From Eledone cirrhosa (lineage: Eukaryota): a stretch of 64,000 nucleotides of DNA. The stretch spans positions 355,384,001-355,448,000 of the forward strand of contig OZ024741.1 in assembly GCA_964016885.1 (NCBI GenBank), read 5' to 3'. Made by a program: the position numbers and the translations under genes. Shown one piece after another: positions 10,801-23,330 of the stretch (position 1 is its first letter; every line of letters begins with the position of its first letter). The notes below the pieces were generated by a model. It searched no databases, was not told the DNA's origin, and was given only the letters and a program-made list of their open reading frames with translations.

Positions 10801-13800
10801 TAGGTTAAAGACAGGGTAGTAAGCCTTAAAGAAGTGCATAGAGGGGGGGGGGGGGTAGGAACTGAGGGTCGCATGGTAAATAACTGAGAGAGATACAATA
10901 GGATTAGAATACCGCATGGTAAATATCCAAGTTAATAAGTTAATACTACATCAGTAAAATTAACAATAATAACGTCATGAAAAAAGCTACTAAGAGAAAC
11001 CCTCGAAAATTTATCGCTAATACAGCAGGGAAAATTTAACGCTAATACAGCAGGGAACATCATAATATTAACGACATGAAAAAGCTACTAAGAGAAACCC
11101 TCGAAAATTTATTGCTAATACAGCAGGGAAAATTTAACGCTAATACAGCAGGGAACATCATAATATTAACGACAATATGTAGGCTAAAATACCATCGTAG
11201 ATTAGGTGGATGGCTGGCTGGGAAAATTTGAATCAGCTCAGTGGTACATTTTAGCAGAGAAGAATGGCAAAGTGTCTTATCTCTTCAATATTTTCAGATT
11301 GAATGAATTAGGTTAAAGACAGGGTAGTAAGCCTTAAAGAAGTGCATAGAGGGGGGGGGGGGGGTAGGAACTGAGGGTCGCATGGTAAATAACTGAGAGA
11401 GATACAATAGGATTAGAATACCGCATGGTAAATATCCAAGTTAATAAGTTAATACTACATCAGTAAAATTAACAATAATAACGTCATGAAAAAAGCTACT
11501 AAGAGAAACCCTCGAAAATTTATCGCTAATACAGCAGGGAAAATTTAACGCTAATACAGCAGGGAACATCATAATATTAACGACATGAAAAAGCTACTAA
11601 GAGAAACCCTCGAAAATTTATCGCTAATACAGCAGGGAAAATTTAACGCTAATACAGCAGGGAACATCATAATATTAACGACAATATGTAGGCTAAAATA
11701 CCATCGTAGATTAGGTGGATGGCTGGCTGGGAAAATTTGAATCAGCTCAGTGGTACATTTTAGCAGAGAAGAATGGCAAAGTGTCTTATCTCTTCAATAT
11801 TTTCAGATTGAATGAATTAGGTTAAAGACAGGGTAGTAAGCCTTAAAGAAGTGCATAGAGGGGGGGGGGGGGTAGGAACTGAGGGTCGCATGGTAAATAA
11901 CTGAGAGAGATACAATAGGATTAGAATACCGCATGGTAAATATCCAAGTTAATAAGTTAATACTACATCAGTAAAATTAACAATAATAACGTCATGAAAA
12001 AAGCTACTAAGAGAAACCCTCGAAAATTTATCGCTAATACAGCAGGGAAAATTTAACGCTAATACAGCAGGGAACATCATAATATTAACGACATGAAAAA
12101 GCTACTAAGAGAAACCCTCGAAAATTTATCGCTAATACAGCAGGGAAAATTTAACGCTAATACAGCAGGGAACATCATAATATTAACGACAATATGTAGG
12201 CTAAAATACCATCGTAGATTAGGTGGATGGCTGGCTGGGAAAATTTGAATCAGCTCAGTGGTACATTTTAGCAGAGAAGAATGGCAAAGTGTCTTATCTC
12301 TTCAATATTTTCAGATTGAATGAATTAGGTTAAAGACAGGGTAGTAAGCCTTAAAGAAGTGCATAGAGGGGGGGGGGGGGTAGGAACTGAGGGTCGCATG
12401 GTAAATAACTGAGAGAGATACAATAGGATTAGAATACCGCATGGTAAATATCCAAGTTAATAAGTTAATACTACATCAGTAAAATTAACAATAATAACGT
12501 CATGAAAAAAGCTACTAAGAGAAACCCTCGAAAATTTATCGCTAATACAGCAGGGAAAATTTAACGCTAATACAGCAGGGAACATCATAATATTAACGAC
12601 ATGAAAAAGCTACTAAGAGAAACCCTCGAAAATTTATCGCTAATACAGCAGGGAAAATTTAACGCTAATACAGCAGGGAACATCATAATATTAACGACAA
12701 TATGTAGGCTAAAATACCATCGTAGATTAGGTGGATGGCTGGCTGGGAAAATTTGAATCAGCTCAGTGGTACATTTTAGCAGAGAAGAATGGCAAAGTGT
12801 CTTATCTCTTCAATATTTTCAGATTGAATGAATTAGGTTAAAGACAGGGTAGTAAGCCTTAAAGAAGTGCATAGAGGGGGGGGGGTAGGAACTGAGGGTC
12901 GCATGGTAAATAACTGAGAGAGATACAATAGGATTAGAATACCGCATGGTAAATATCCAAGTTAATAAGTTAATACTACATCAGTAAAATTAACAATAAT
13001 AACGTCATGAAAAAAGCTACTAAGAGAAACCCTCGAAAATTTATCGCTAATACAGCAGGGAAAATTTAACGCTAATACAGCAGGGAACATCATAATATTA
13101 ACGACATGAAAAAGCTACTAAGAGAAACCCTCGAAAATTTATCGCTAATACAGCAGGGAAAATTTAACGCTAATACAGCAGGGAACATCATAATATTAAC
13201 GACAATATGTAGGCTAAAATACCATCGTAGATTAGGTGGATGGCTGGCTGGGAAAATTTGAATCAGCTCAGTGGTACATTTTAGCAGAGAAGAATGGCAA
13301 AGTGTCTTATCTCTTCAATATTTTCAGATTGAATGAATTAGGTTAAAGACAGGGTAGTAAGCCTTAAAGAAGTGCATAGAGGGGGGGGGGTAGGAACTGA
13401 GGGTCGCATGGTAAATAACTGAGAGAGATACAATAGGATTAGAATACCGCATGGTAAATATCCAAGTTAATAAGTTAATACTACATCAGTAAAATTAACA
13501 ATAATAACGTCATGAAAAAAGCTACTAAGAGAAACCCTCGAAAATTTATCGCTAATACAGCAGGGAAAATTTAACGCTAATACAGCAGGGAACATCATAA
13601 TATTAACGACATGAAAAAGCTACTAAGAGAAACCCTCGAAAATTTATCGCTAATACAGCAGGGAAAATTTAACGCTAATACAGCAGGGAACATCATAATA
13701 TTAACGACATGAAAAAGCTACTAAGAGAAACCCTCGAAAATTTATCGCTAATACAGCAGGGAAAATTTAACGCTAATACAGCAGGGAACATCATAATATT

Positions 13801-16152
13801 AACGACAATATGTAGGCTAAAATACCATCGTAGATTAGGTGGATGGCTGGCTGGGAAAATTTGAATCAGCTCAGTGGTACATTTTAGCAGAGAAGAATGG
13901 CAAAGTGTCTTATCTCTTCAATATTTTCAGATTGAATGAATTAGGTTAAAGACAGGGTAGTAAGCCTTAAAGAAGTGCATAGAGGGGGGGGGGGGGGTAG
14001 GAACTGAGGGTCGCATGGTAAATAACTGAGAGAGATACAATAGGATTAGAATACCGCATGGTAAATATCCAAGTTAATAAGTTAATACTACATCAGTAAA
14101 ATTAACAATAATAACGTCATGAAAAAAGCTACTAAGAGAAACCCTCGAAAATTTATCGCTAATACAGCAGGGAAAATTTAACGCTAATACAGCAGGGAAC
14201 ATCATAATATTAACGACATGAAAAAGCTACTAAGAGAAACCCTCGAAAATTTATCGCTAATACAGCAGGGAAAATTTAACGCTAATACAGCAGGGAACAT
14301 CATAATATTAACGACAATATGTAGGCTAAAATACCATCGTAGATTAGGTGGATGGCTGGCTGGGAAAATTTGAATCAGCTCAGTGGTACATTTTAGCAGA
14401 GAAGAATGGCAAAGTGTCTTATCTCTTCAATATTTTCAGATTGAATGAATTAGGTTAAAGACAGGGTAGTAAGCCTTAAAGAAGTGCATAGAGGGGGGGG
14501 GGGGTAGGAACTGAGGGTCGCATGGTAAATAACTGAGAGAGATACAATAGGATTAGAATACCGCATGGTAAATATCCAAGTTAATAAGTTAATACTACAT
14601 CAGTAAAATTAACAATAATAACGTCATGAAAAAAGCTACTAAGAGAAACCCTCGAAAATTTATCGCTAATACAGCAGGGAAAATTTAACGCTAATACAGC
14701 AGGGAACATCATAATATTAACGACATGAAAAAGCTACTAAGAGAAACCCTCGAAAATTTATCGCTAATACAGCAGGGAAAATTTAACGCTAATACAGCAG
14801 GGAACATCATAATATTAACGACAATATGTAGGCTAAAATACCATCGTAGATTAGGTGGATGGCTGGCTGGGAAAATTTGAATCAGCTCAGTGGTACATTT
14901 TAGCAGAGAAGAATGGCAAAGTGTCTTATCTCTTCAATATTTTCAGATTGAATGAATTAGGTTAAAGACAGGGTAGTAAGCCTTAAAGAAGTGCATAGAG
15001 GGGGGGGGGTAGGAACTGAGGGTCGCATGGTAAATAACTGAGAGAGATACAATAGGATTAGAATACCGCATGGTAAATATCCAAGTTAATAAGTTAATAC
15101 TACATCAGTAAAATTAACAATAATAACGTCATGAAAAAAGCTACTAAGAGAAACCCTCGAAAATTTATCGCTAATACAGCAGGGAAAATTTAACGCTAAT
15201 ACAGCAGGGAACATCATAATATTAACGACATGAAAAAGCTACTAAGAGAAACCCTCGAAAATTTATCGCTAATACAGCAGGGAAAATTTAACGCTAATAC
15301 AGCAGGGAACATCATAATATTAACGACAATATGTAGGCTAAAATACCATCGTAGATTAGGTGGATGGCTGGCTGGGAAAATTTGAATCAGCTCAGTGGTA
15401 CATTTTAGCAGAGAAGAATGGCAAAGTGTCTTATCTCTTCAATATTTTCAGATTGAATGAATTAGGTTAAAGACAGGGTAGTAAGCCTTAAAGAAGTGCA
15501 TAGAGGGGGGGGGGGGGGGTAGGAACTGAGGGTCGCATGGTAAATAACTGAGAGAGATACAATAGGATTAGAATACCGCATGGTAAATATCCAAGTTAAT
15601 AAGTTAATACTACATCAGTAAAATTAACAATAATAACGTCATGAAAAAAGCTACTAAGAGAAACCCTCGAAAATTTATCGCTAATACAGCAGGGAAAATT
15701 TAACGCTAATACAGCAGGGAACATCATAATATTAACGACATGAAAAAGCTACTAAGAGAAACCCTCGAAAATTTATCGCTAATACAGCAGGGAAAATTTA
15801 ACGCTAATACAGCAGGGAACATCATAATATTAACGACAATATGTAGGCTAAAATACCATCGTAGATTAGGTGGATGGCTGGCTGGGAAAATTTGAATCAG
15901 CTCAGTGGTACATTTTAGCAGAGAAGAATGGCAAAGTGTCTTATCTCTTCAATATTTTCAGATTGAATGAATTAGGTTAAAGACAGGGTAGTAAGCCTTA
16001 AAGAAGTGCATAGAGGGGGGGGGTAGGAACTGAGGGTCGCATGGTAAATAACTGAGAGAGATACAATAGGATTAGAATACCGCATGGTAAATATCCAAGT
16101 TAATAAGTTAATACTACATCAGTAAAATTAACAATAATAACGTCATGAAAAA
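7869..16152. repeat. Homogeneous tandem array, ~505-510-bp unit, about 16 copies, with nested ~98-bp and 25-bp subrepeats
   Basis: Marker TAGGAACTGAGGGTCGC recurs at 7870, 8325, 8830, 9336, 9841, 10348, 10856, 11365, 11873, 12381, 12886, 13391, 13998, 14505, 15010, 15520 and 16024. Units differ mainly in poly-G length. The unit at 13391 has three rather than two 98-bp subrepeats. Confidence 0.98.
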
Positions 16153-16448
16153 TACGTGTGTGTATGTATGTGCATATGTGTGTGTATGTATGTGCATATA
16201 TGTATTTGTGTATGGATGTGTATATATGTATGCATGTATGTATGTACATTTGTGTGTACGTATGTGTGTGTATGTGTGTATGGATGTGTATATGTGTGTT
16301 TGCATATGTATGTATGTATGTATGTATGTATCTATGTATATGTATTTGTGTTTGTGTGTGTGTATGCATGTATGTATGTGTATATATGTATTTACGTATG
16401 TATGTGTATGTATGTATGTGTGTATGTATCTATGTATGTATTTGTGTA

Positions 16449-17029
16449 GGGTCGGGTCATGGTCGGGTCGGGTCATGGTCGGGTCGTTGGCGACTAAACT
16501 GGCAACCCCACCAAGTTTTCTTGGTGAGGAGAGTGACTTTGGACATCCTGCAGGACTAAAAACAAAACCTGTCAAAGGGCAAAGGAGCTCTTAAGAGTCA
16601 ATGGCCATCCAAAATCACCGGGAGAGATGACCCCTTAGCCTTTGTCAAGGCAGAATTCTAGGAGAAGGAAAACTCTGATATAACACCTGCAACCCTGATG
16701 GTATCCAATGATGTTGACTTGTTCTTCTTTTTGGTAAATATCATCTTGGTTAAGAGAGTGGGACTGGCTTTGTGCAGTGCCTTTGCTCACTATAAAAGCT
16801 TAATGGCACAGGCATTGCTTTATATCTGGAGATCTCTCTGCACTTGTCGTCACATGGTACCATGGGCCCAGCACTATGTGTCAATAATTGTCACAAGTGT
16901 AGTGTTTGTACCAGAGTTTTCAAGTCGCTGGCTGGACTCAAAAGTCACACTCGTTCAGCGTATCGGTAGGGGTTCTCCTACATGGATATAAAGTAGTGGC
17001 CGTACTCGAAAACGAGTTGGCAGCCACCA
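16449..17029 (+). mobile_element. Non-coding repeat resembling the 5'UTR of an RTE-type LINE
   Basis: Begins with GGTCG/GGTCA short repeats; contains CTAGGAGAAGGAAAACTCTGA, a motif I recall from RTE leaders; embedded in a TATG-type microsatellite; partial inverted copy at 2865-3274. Confidence 0.4.
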
Positions 17030-17760
17030 TGTATTTGTGTAAGTATGTATGTGTATGTATGCATGTGTATTTGTGTGTATGTGTATGTGTATGTATGCAT
17101 GTATGTATGTATTTATGTATGTATGTATGTATGTGTGCATATGCATTTGTGTATGTATGCGTGTATGTATGTGTAAATATGTATTTATGTATGTATGTGT
17201 ATGTGTATGTATCTATGTATGTGTGTATATGTATTTGTCTAAGTATGTGTGTGTGTATATATGCATGTATGTCTATATATGTATTTATGTATGTATGTGT
17301 ATGTGTGTGTTTATGTATGTATATATGTATTTATGTATGTGTGTATATGTATGTATGTATATATGTATATATGTATGTATGTATATGTATTTGTGTAAGT
17401 ATGTATATGTGTGAGTATATATGTATATGTATATATGTAGTTATGTATGTGTATGTATGTATATATGTATGTATGTATATGTATTTGTGTAAGTATGCAT
17501 GTGTGTGTGTATGTATGTATGTGTATATATGTATGTATGTGTATGCATGTATGTATGTATGTATGTATATATGTATGTATTGTGTAAATATGTATGTGTG
17601 TGTGTATGTATGTGTATATATGTATTTATGTATATATGTATGTATGTATATATATATGTGTGTATGTATATATATATGTATGTATGGATATGTGACTCTT
17701 TAAACATGGCCAAATAAAGCTACCAGTCAAACAGGTGGAGAAGTAAACAACAAAATACTA

Positions 17761-17813
17761 TCATGTCTCTCCCTTAATTATATTCCTAGCTATGTAGGTA
17801 GGTTCTTTTACAC
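17761..17813 (-). CDS. DSL-domain gene, terminal coding exon 6: (C)VKEPTYIARNIIKGET*
   Basis: Acceptor tttgtcccag|; the phase-1 T of exon 5 plus GT makes TGT, supplying the sixth DSL cysteine; stop TGA at 17763-17761. Confidence 0.65.
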
Positions 17814-18084
17814 CTGGGACAAATATATCTATGTATACAAATGCATATATATATATATAAATATATATATACTATATATACATATATACATATATACATA
17901 TATGTGTGTGTATATATACATATATATATATATTATATATATATATATAGTTAATAAATGAAACAAACAAAACACAGGAGGCAATTATATACAGTATATG
18001 TATATATGTGTATGTATATATATATATAAATATACATACACATACACACACACACGTATATTCATAAATATATATATATTATAT

Positions 18085-18392
18085 ATCATCATCATCATCA
18101 TTTTACGTCCGCTTTTCCCTGATTGCAAGGGTGGTACGGGAACTAATTCTGGCTTGATTTCTACAGCTGGATGCCTTTCCTAACACCAACCTCATTTACA
18201 GTGAGTGCTGGGTGCTTTTTTGCCATGGCACCTCCACGACCACTTTGCAGTGAAATGATATGGACTCCAGTCCTATCATCTCATTTCTACAGCTGAGTAA
18301 ACTGGAGCAATGTGAAATAAAGTGTCTTGCTCAAGGAAACAACACATCACCCGGCCTGAGAATTGAACTCAAAACTTTTCGATTGCAAGGCT
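18085..18392 (-). mobile_element. tRNA-derived CORE-type SINE with RTE-derived 3' tail
   Basis: Reverse-complement homolog of 30357-30693; the tail shares GATGCC.TTCCTAACACCAACCTCATTTACAGTGAGTGCTGGGTGC with the RTE 3'UTR. Confidence 0.8.
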
Positions 18393-18400
18393 GTATTTAT

Positions 18401-18453
<53 letters not shown>

Positions 18454-18644
18454 GTACATACATACATTTAAGTATCAGCCCTACTAAGAGTGAGAAATGA
18501 AATTTCGTTTCATTCTTTTCCATTTGTATATATATATGCAATAAATACATCTTATATACATTCATAGTAATGTAGCTATGTTGCTTTACACCTGGTATAA
18601 ATCTCCAAGTTATTTATAGATTTATATGCACACAAACATGCACG

Positions 18645-18686
<42 letters not shown>

Positions 18687-19172
18687 TATGTGTGTGTATG
18701 ACTATTTATGTATTTATGTACATATGGATTTTTCATATATTTTAGCCATATTGGAAATAAAAGAAAAAAACACAGAAAGCACACATATTTACTCGTCTAT
18801 CAACTCACGCATGCACATATTTACATACATATATACATACATATATATACATACATACACACGTACATATCAACATATATTCAAACATATATACTTACAT
18901 ACACACATACTTATCAACATATATACATACACATATACACATAAATACATACACTCATACTTATCAACATATATACATACATACATGCATACATACATAA
19001 CATAAATACATACATACATAACACCACCACCACTACTATCACCAACTAACATCAGTAGGCCATCCTGACAACCTCTCACAACCACAACCACCACCAGCAC
19101 CATTGCAGCCACTGTTATATATGAAGTTCTGTATTTCCTAATTGTGTTTATTTTAAACTCACTCATACTGGT

Positions 19173-20517
19173 TTAACCCTTTAGCATTTACATTACTCTA
19201 TATATACTGTTGTATAGCTTCATGAAAAAGCAATCCAAACTCTGGTCATTCACCTACCCTAAGAGTAGTAGAGCTCAATTGGATTATATCCTATTTTGGA
19301 AAAAATGGCGAAACAGTGTATGTGACTTTGAAACCATTCCTCCTTCTCCAACGTGGGATCTGATCACAGGATTGGCTCTTCCAAAGTTACTCTTAGCATT
19401 TGCACTCCTAAGAAAGTTCCCGATGAGCAAATGAAACAAATTGACTGGAGGTTAATATCATCAAATAAAGAGCTCTCCAGCCAGTATGCAATTAGTGTCT
19501 ACAATAGGTTCTCTGAATTATCCTGTATTGATGATTGCATTGAGATTAAATGCTCCAACCTAATTGCTGCAAACGAGGAAGCTGCTCTTTCCAGCTTACC
19601 CAAATAGACCAAAAGGAAGCTCATGAAATTGAGCTCAGTGCGCAACAAATTGCAAAGTCATTTTTCTCAGTACAACTCAAATCCAACCAGTTTACTGAAA
19701 AGTGAAATGACCCAATGCAAAAAAGACCTTGATGAGGCGTACACAACTGCTCTTGCAGAGTATGTAGAAGGAAAAATAAACAAACTGAAGACCCGTCATA
19801 TAAACAAAAAGCATGCCCCTGCATGGGCTTTAATCAACGAAATAACTGGTAGAAAAGAAAAGCCTTCACCCATCATCAAAGGAGGCTCTCAAGAAGCTAA
19901 GAAAAAGAGCTGGACTGACCACTTCAAGGGTTTACTGGGTCCTGGATCATGGACTCTGAGAAGGATTTTGCCACCAGAAAGGCTCAAGCATGGTCAGCTT
20001 GCAACAAGATGGATCAAGTTTGGCGCTCAAATCTTTCCAACCACACCAAGATCAGACTCTTCCAAGTAACAATTCAACCAATCTTCCTCTATGGAAGTTA
20101 AACATGGATGCTTTCATCCAAACAACAAAAGCACCTTGATGGCACTTCACTTATACTCGCCTGCTTCAACACATTCAGAACATAAGCTGGCGGCATCTGC
20201 CTTTCTGAGAGATATATGCCAGTCGTACGTAAAAGGAGAGTAAGATTTTCTGGCCACTGTCATCGTTCCACCTATGTGGAGATCAATTTCGGCTGAGGCC
20301 GCCGGATGATGATATACTATTGTATTTTCTTGGTAAAGGCTTTATTTCACATAATATCACTACTATTCAATACTATTATTGAATCTATGAGATTTTGATA
20401 TTTATGTTGAGAACGATACCTTAACATCAGTATGAGGGGCCAGTTAAGGCCAATTTGAACAGAAAGAGGTGAGAAAATTCTGGTTGGATAAGGCTGGTTT
20501 AAATGCTAAAGGGTTAA
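19173..20517. mobile_element. piggyBac-like MITE (TTAA-CCCTTTAGCATTTA ... TAAATGCTAAAGGG-TTAA) interrupted by a decayed LINE
   Basis: TTAA flanks and 14-bp terminal inverted repeats; a shorter uninterrupted relative lies at 26659-26840. Confidence 0.7.
19210..20310 (+). pseudogene. Decayed, internally deleted RTE-like LINE fragment
   Basis: WSFTYPKSSRAQLDYIL and GSDHRI (APE C-terminal motifs), followed by RT C-terminal-like remnants with many frameshifts. Confidence 0.65.
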
Positions 20518-21876
20518 TAGATGGTGGGTCTTCTAGGAATTACCTTTACCTCACACACCACTGCAAATCAAGAACTATGACCAGCTGCAGTCTCCATTAC
20601 TATTTCAGTATAGATATATACAATATAAATATAGAATAAAACAACCATATCAATGTAAAACATGCTATGTTCATTGTATTAAGGCTAAATAGTGAGTTTT
20701 GTTACTCTGGAGTTTCACCTTTTTATTACTATTTAGCCTTAATAACATGAATATTTAAACTCTACTTTTGTATTAAGTACTCTTTTTTCTCAGCTGTCAA
20801 CCATATACAGATATGTATATACACACACACATGCACACACACACACACACATATATCATCATCATCATCATCCTTTAATGTCCACTTTTCCTACTAGCAA
20901 GGGCTGGATGGGTCTATATAGACCAAATTAGTACTGAAGCAGGGCCACTGATGTCCCAGACAGGCTGAGGAGATCTGTATCCCACTTACATATGGTCATT
21001 ATTGAGTGCAGAGGACAAGTTATCATGTTTTTTGGCACAAAATGGAGGATCCTTCTAATCCCTTGTTTGGCAAGCTATCTATGACTGTATGCCCTTCCTA
21101 ACACCAACCACTTTACAGCATGTATTGTGTACTTTTATTGTGTAGATCACCAGCACTAAAGAGGGTGTCATGTCCTTGACATAACTAAAAGATCCCCCAA
21201 ACCCAATATATATATGTATGTGTGTGTCTGTGTGTGTGTGTGTGCATGTGTGCGAATGTTTGTATATATATATAGTTCAATCAAGTTAAACCAAGCCGAT
21301 GGGTATAAGCCCGGTGGCCATAATAACAGAGGATCTAGGTAATTCCATGGCGATTCTCAGTAAAGTGAGTGTAGAGAGAGAGAGAAAGACAGAGAAACTG
21401 GAAGTGAGAGGGCGTAGAGGACAGAGGGGGTGAGTAAGAGGGATAGAGAGAGAGAGGGAGGAGAAGGGAAAGGGAGTTAATCTAAAAGGGTTTACGATGC
21501 ACGTGCAACTGTCGCATGGCTTATTATCATTGGCTTGGTTTAACTTGATCTATTTTCTCTTCAGTTACTCACATACATGTGTCATTGTCCTGTGTTCCCC
21601 CTTCTATTGGTATGTTTACTTCGTTTTTTCCTTTTCTTTCTTCTTCCTCTCTCTTTACTATCACTTCTTTCCCTCATGGCCTTTTGATAGATAAAAGGCC
21701 ATGGGCTCGCTATGAATCGATGTTTTGTTTATAATGCACCGAAACATCCATGATCCGTAACAAGCAGCTGACGAAGGGAAACTTTTCATCTTTTGTTTGT
21801 GTCCCCTTACCTTCTAACACTTCGTTTTCAGTAACCACACAACCTCCCCTTCCTAACCCATATTTTATATATATAT

Positions 21877-21913
<37 letters not shown>

Positions 21914-21929
21914 AGTGTGTGAGTGTGAG

Positions 21930-21961
<32 letters not shown>

Positions 21962-22057
21962 AGTGTGTGTGTGTTTGTGTGTGTGTATATATACATGCAT
22001 ATTGTAGTTATTTGTATATATATAAATTTTTGCATATTTAGAAGAATCAATACTTAC

Positions 22058-22193
22058 AGAATTCATTTTTGCTGCCAAATTGGCAGACCTTATATCCTGC
22101 CTTGTCACAAGAGAAGGACAATTGGTGTTTAGTTGCATCACAGAATCTATTGCAGCTGGTACCATAATAGTTACTTGCACAGCTCCACTGAAG
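22058..22193 (-). CDS. DSL-domain gene exon 5: LQWSCASNYYGTSCNRFCDATKHQLSFSCDKAGYKVCQFGSKNEF (DSL domain)
   Basis: ttgcag| acceptor, |gtaagt donor, 136 nt (phase 0 to 1); C-x2-NYYG-x2-C-x2-FC-x10-C-x3-G-x-K-x-C-x2-G matches the Delta/Serrate/LAG-2 consensus. Confidence 0.9.
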
Positions 22194-22349
22194 CTGCAAT
22201 TTATCCACATTGGGTGTTTCACAGTCAGAAATGCAACAAAAGAAAAGGGTAAATTTTTAGAATATGAATATATATCATCATTATGATGATCATTCCCGCC
22301 ATTACCACCTAAATATTTTAGATTAGTTTTTTTTTTTTTTTTTTTTTTG

Positions 22350-22830
22350 TGGCAGTTTCAATGAAGTAGGAAGGTTTCAATTGTTTGATCAACAGAAACA
22401 CATACTTATTGTATTAGTATCATGTAAGAGACCATGTAAGTCATGTAAATCGACAATTATCATCAAGACTGTGTATTCTCATTGCTGTGACAAGAATACA
22501 CAGTCTTGATAAGGAGCAACAACTCCGAAACAATTGTCGAGTGCTTCCTCTTAGCTACTGCTGGAACAAAAGGATGACGTTGGTCATCTAGAAAACACAC
22601 ATGGTGTTAATGAAGCTGTTTGCTTGTAAACAAACTGAATATTAATAATATTATAATATTATTATAATATTATTATTATTCACTCACAAATCCATTTAGA
22701 TATCCACCATGTTGCAGTGAAAAATAAATTTTGTCTGTAAAATACTTGGTCTCTTATATGATACTAATATAATAAGTATGTGTTTCTGTTGATCAAACAA
22801 TTGAAACCTTCCTAATTCATTGAAACTGCC
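22350..22830. repeat. Inverted-repeat element with ~60-bp arms and an internal hairpin
   Basis: 22350-22410 is the reverse complement of 22771-22830 with about one mismatch; internal hairpin ATCAAGACTGTGTATTCT...AGAATACACAGTCTTGAT. Confidence 0.75.
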
Positions 22831-23330
22831 TTGTTATATATCCCCCCCCCCACACACACACCACCACAAAAAAAAAACTGATTAAAAATAATTGTTTCTA
22901 CTTTTGGCACAAAGCCGGCAATTAACCCAGTGCATTACTGGTACTTTATTTTATCGACCCCTTAAGGATGAAAGGAAAAGCTACTTTTGATACCAAACCA
23001 CCTGGGTCCACTCATGATTTTATAATACTAAAGTGTTTGTTTTAAAGTGTTATATTTACCTAAAAAATCTTCAATTGTAATTTGAACTCATAATGTTTAT
23101 AGTTATAACTAAATACTGCAAAGCAATTTGTCCAATAGTCTATTGATATTACCAGTCCACCTCGCTTCACCACCATAAATAATGAGAAAGTTAGTTATAT
23201 TACTTAATCTCCCCAAATTCTTGATTATTTTCAAACTTATTTCAGGATAAATAAACAGTGTTTTTCATGTTAAATATGGTAAGTAAAGAGTTAAACAAAT
23301 TTATAAAAAACTAAAATCATATTTACTTAC

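Noticed and set aside
7869-16152. CRISPR-like array next to a reverse transcriptase
   Set aside because: Units are wholly identical with no unique spacers, there are no cas genes, and the context is eukaryotic.
16100-17717. Many overlapping ORFs rich in Y/V/C/M or H/T/I/Y (also about 3575-4261, 23400-23960, 43660-44230)
   Set aside because: Translations of TA/TG/CA microsatellites, which lack stop codons by composition.
20550-20600. Possible exon after the DSL exon (donor-like GAG|gtaaag)
   Set aside because: Phase-1 readings hit stops and do not supply the sixth DSL cysteine.
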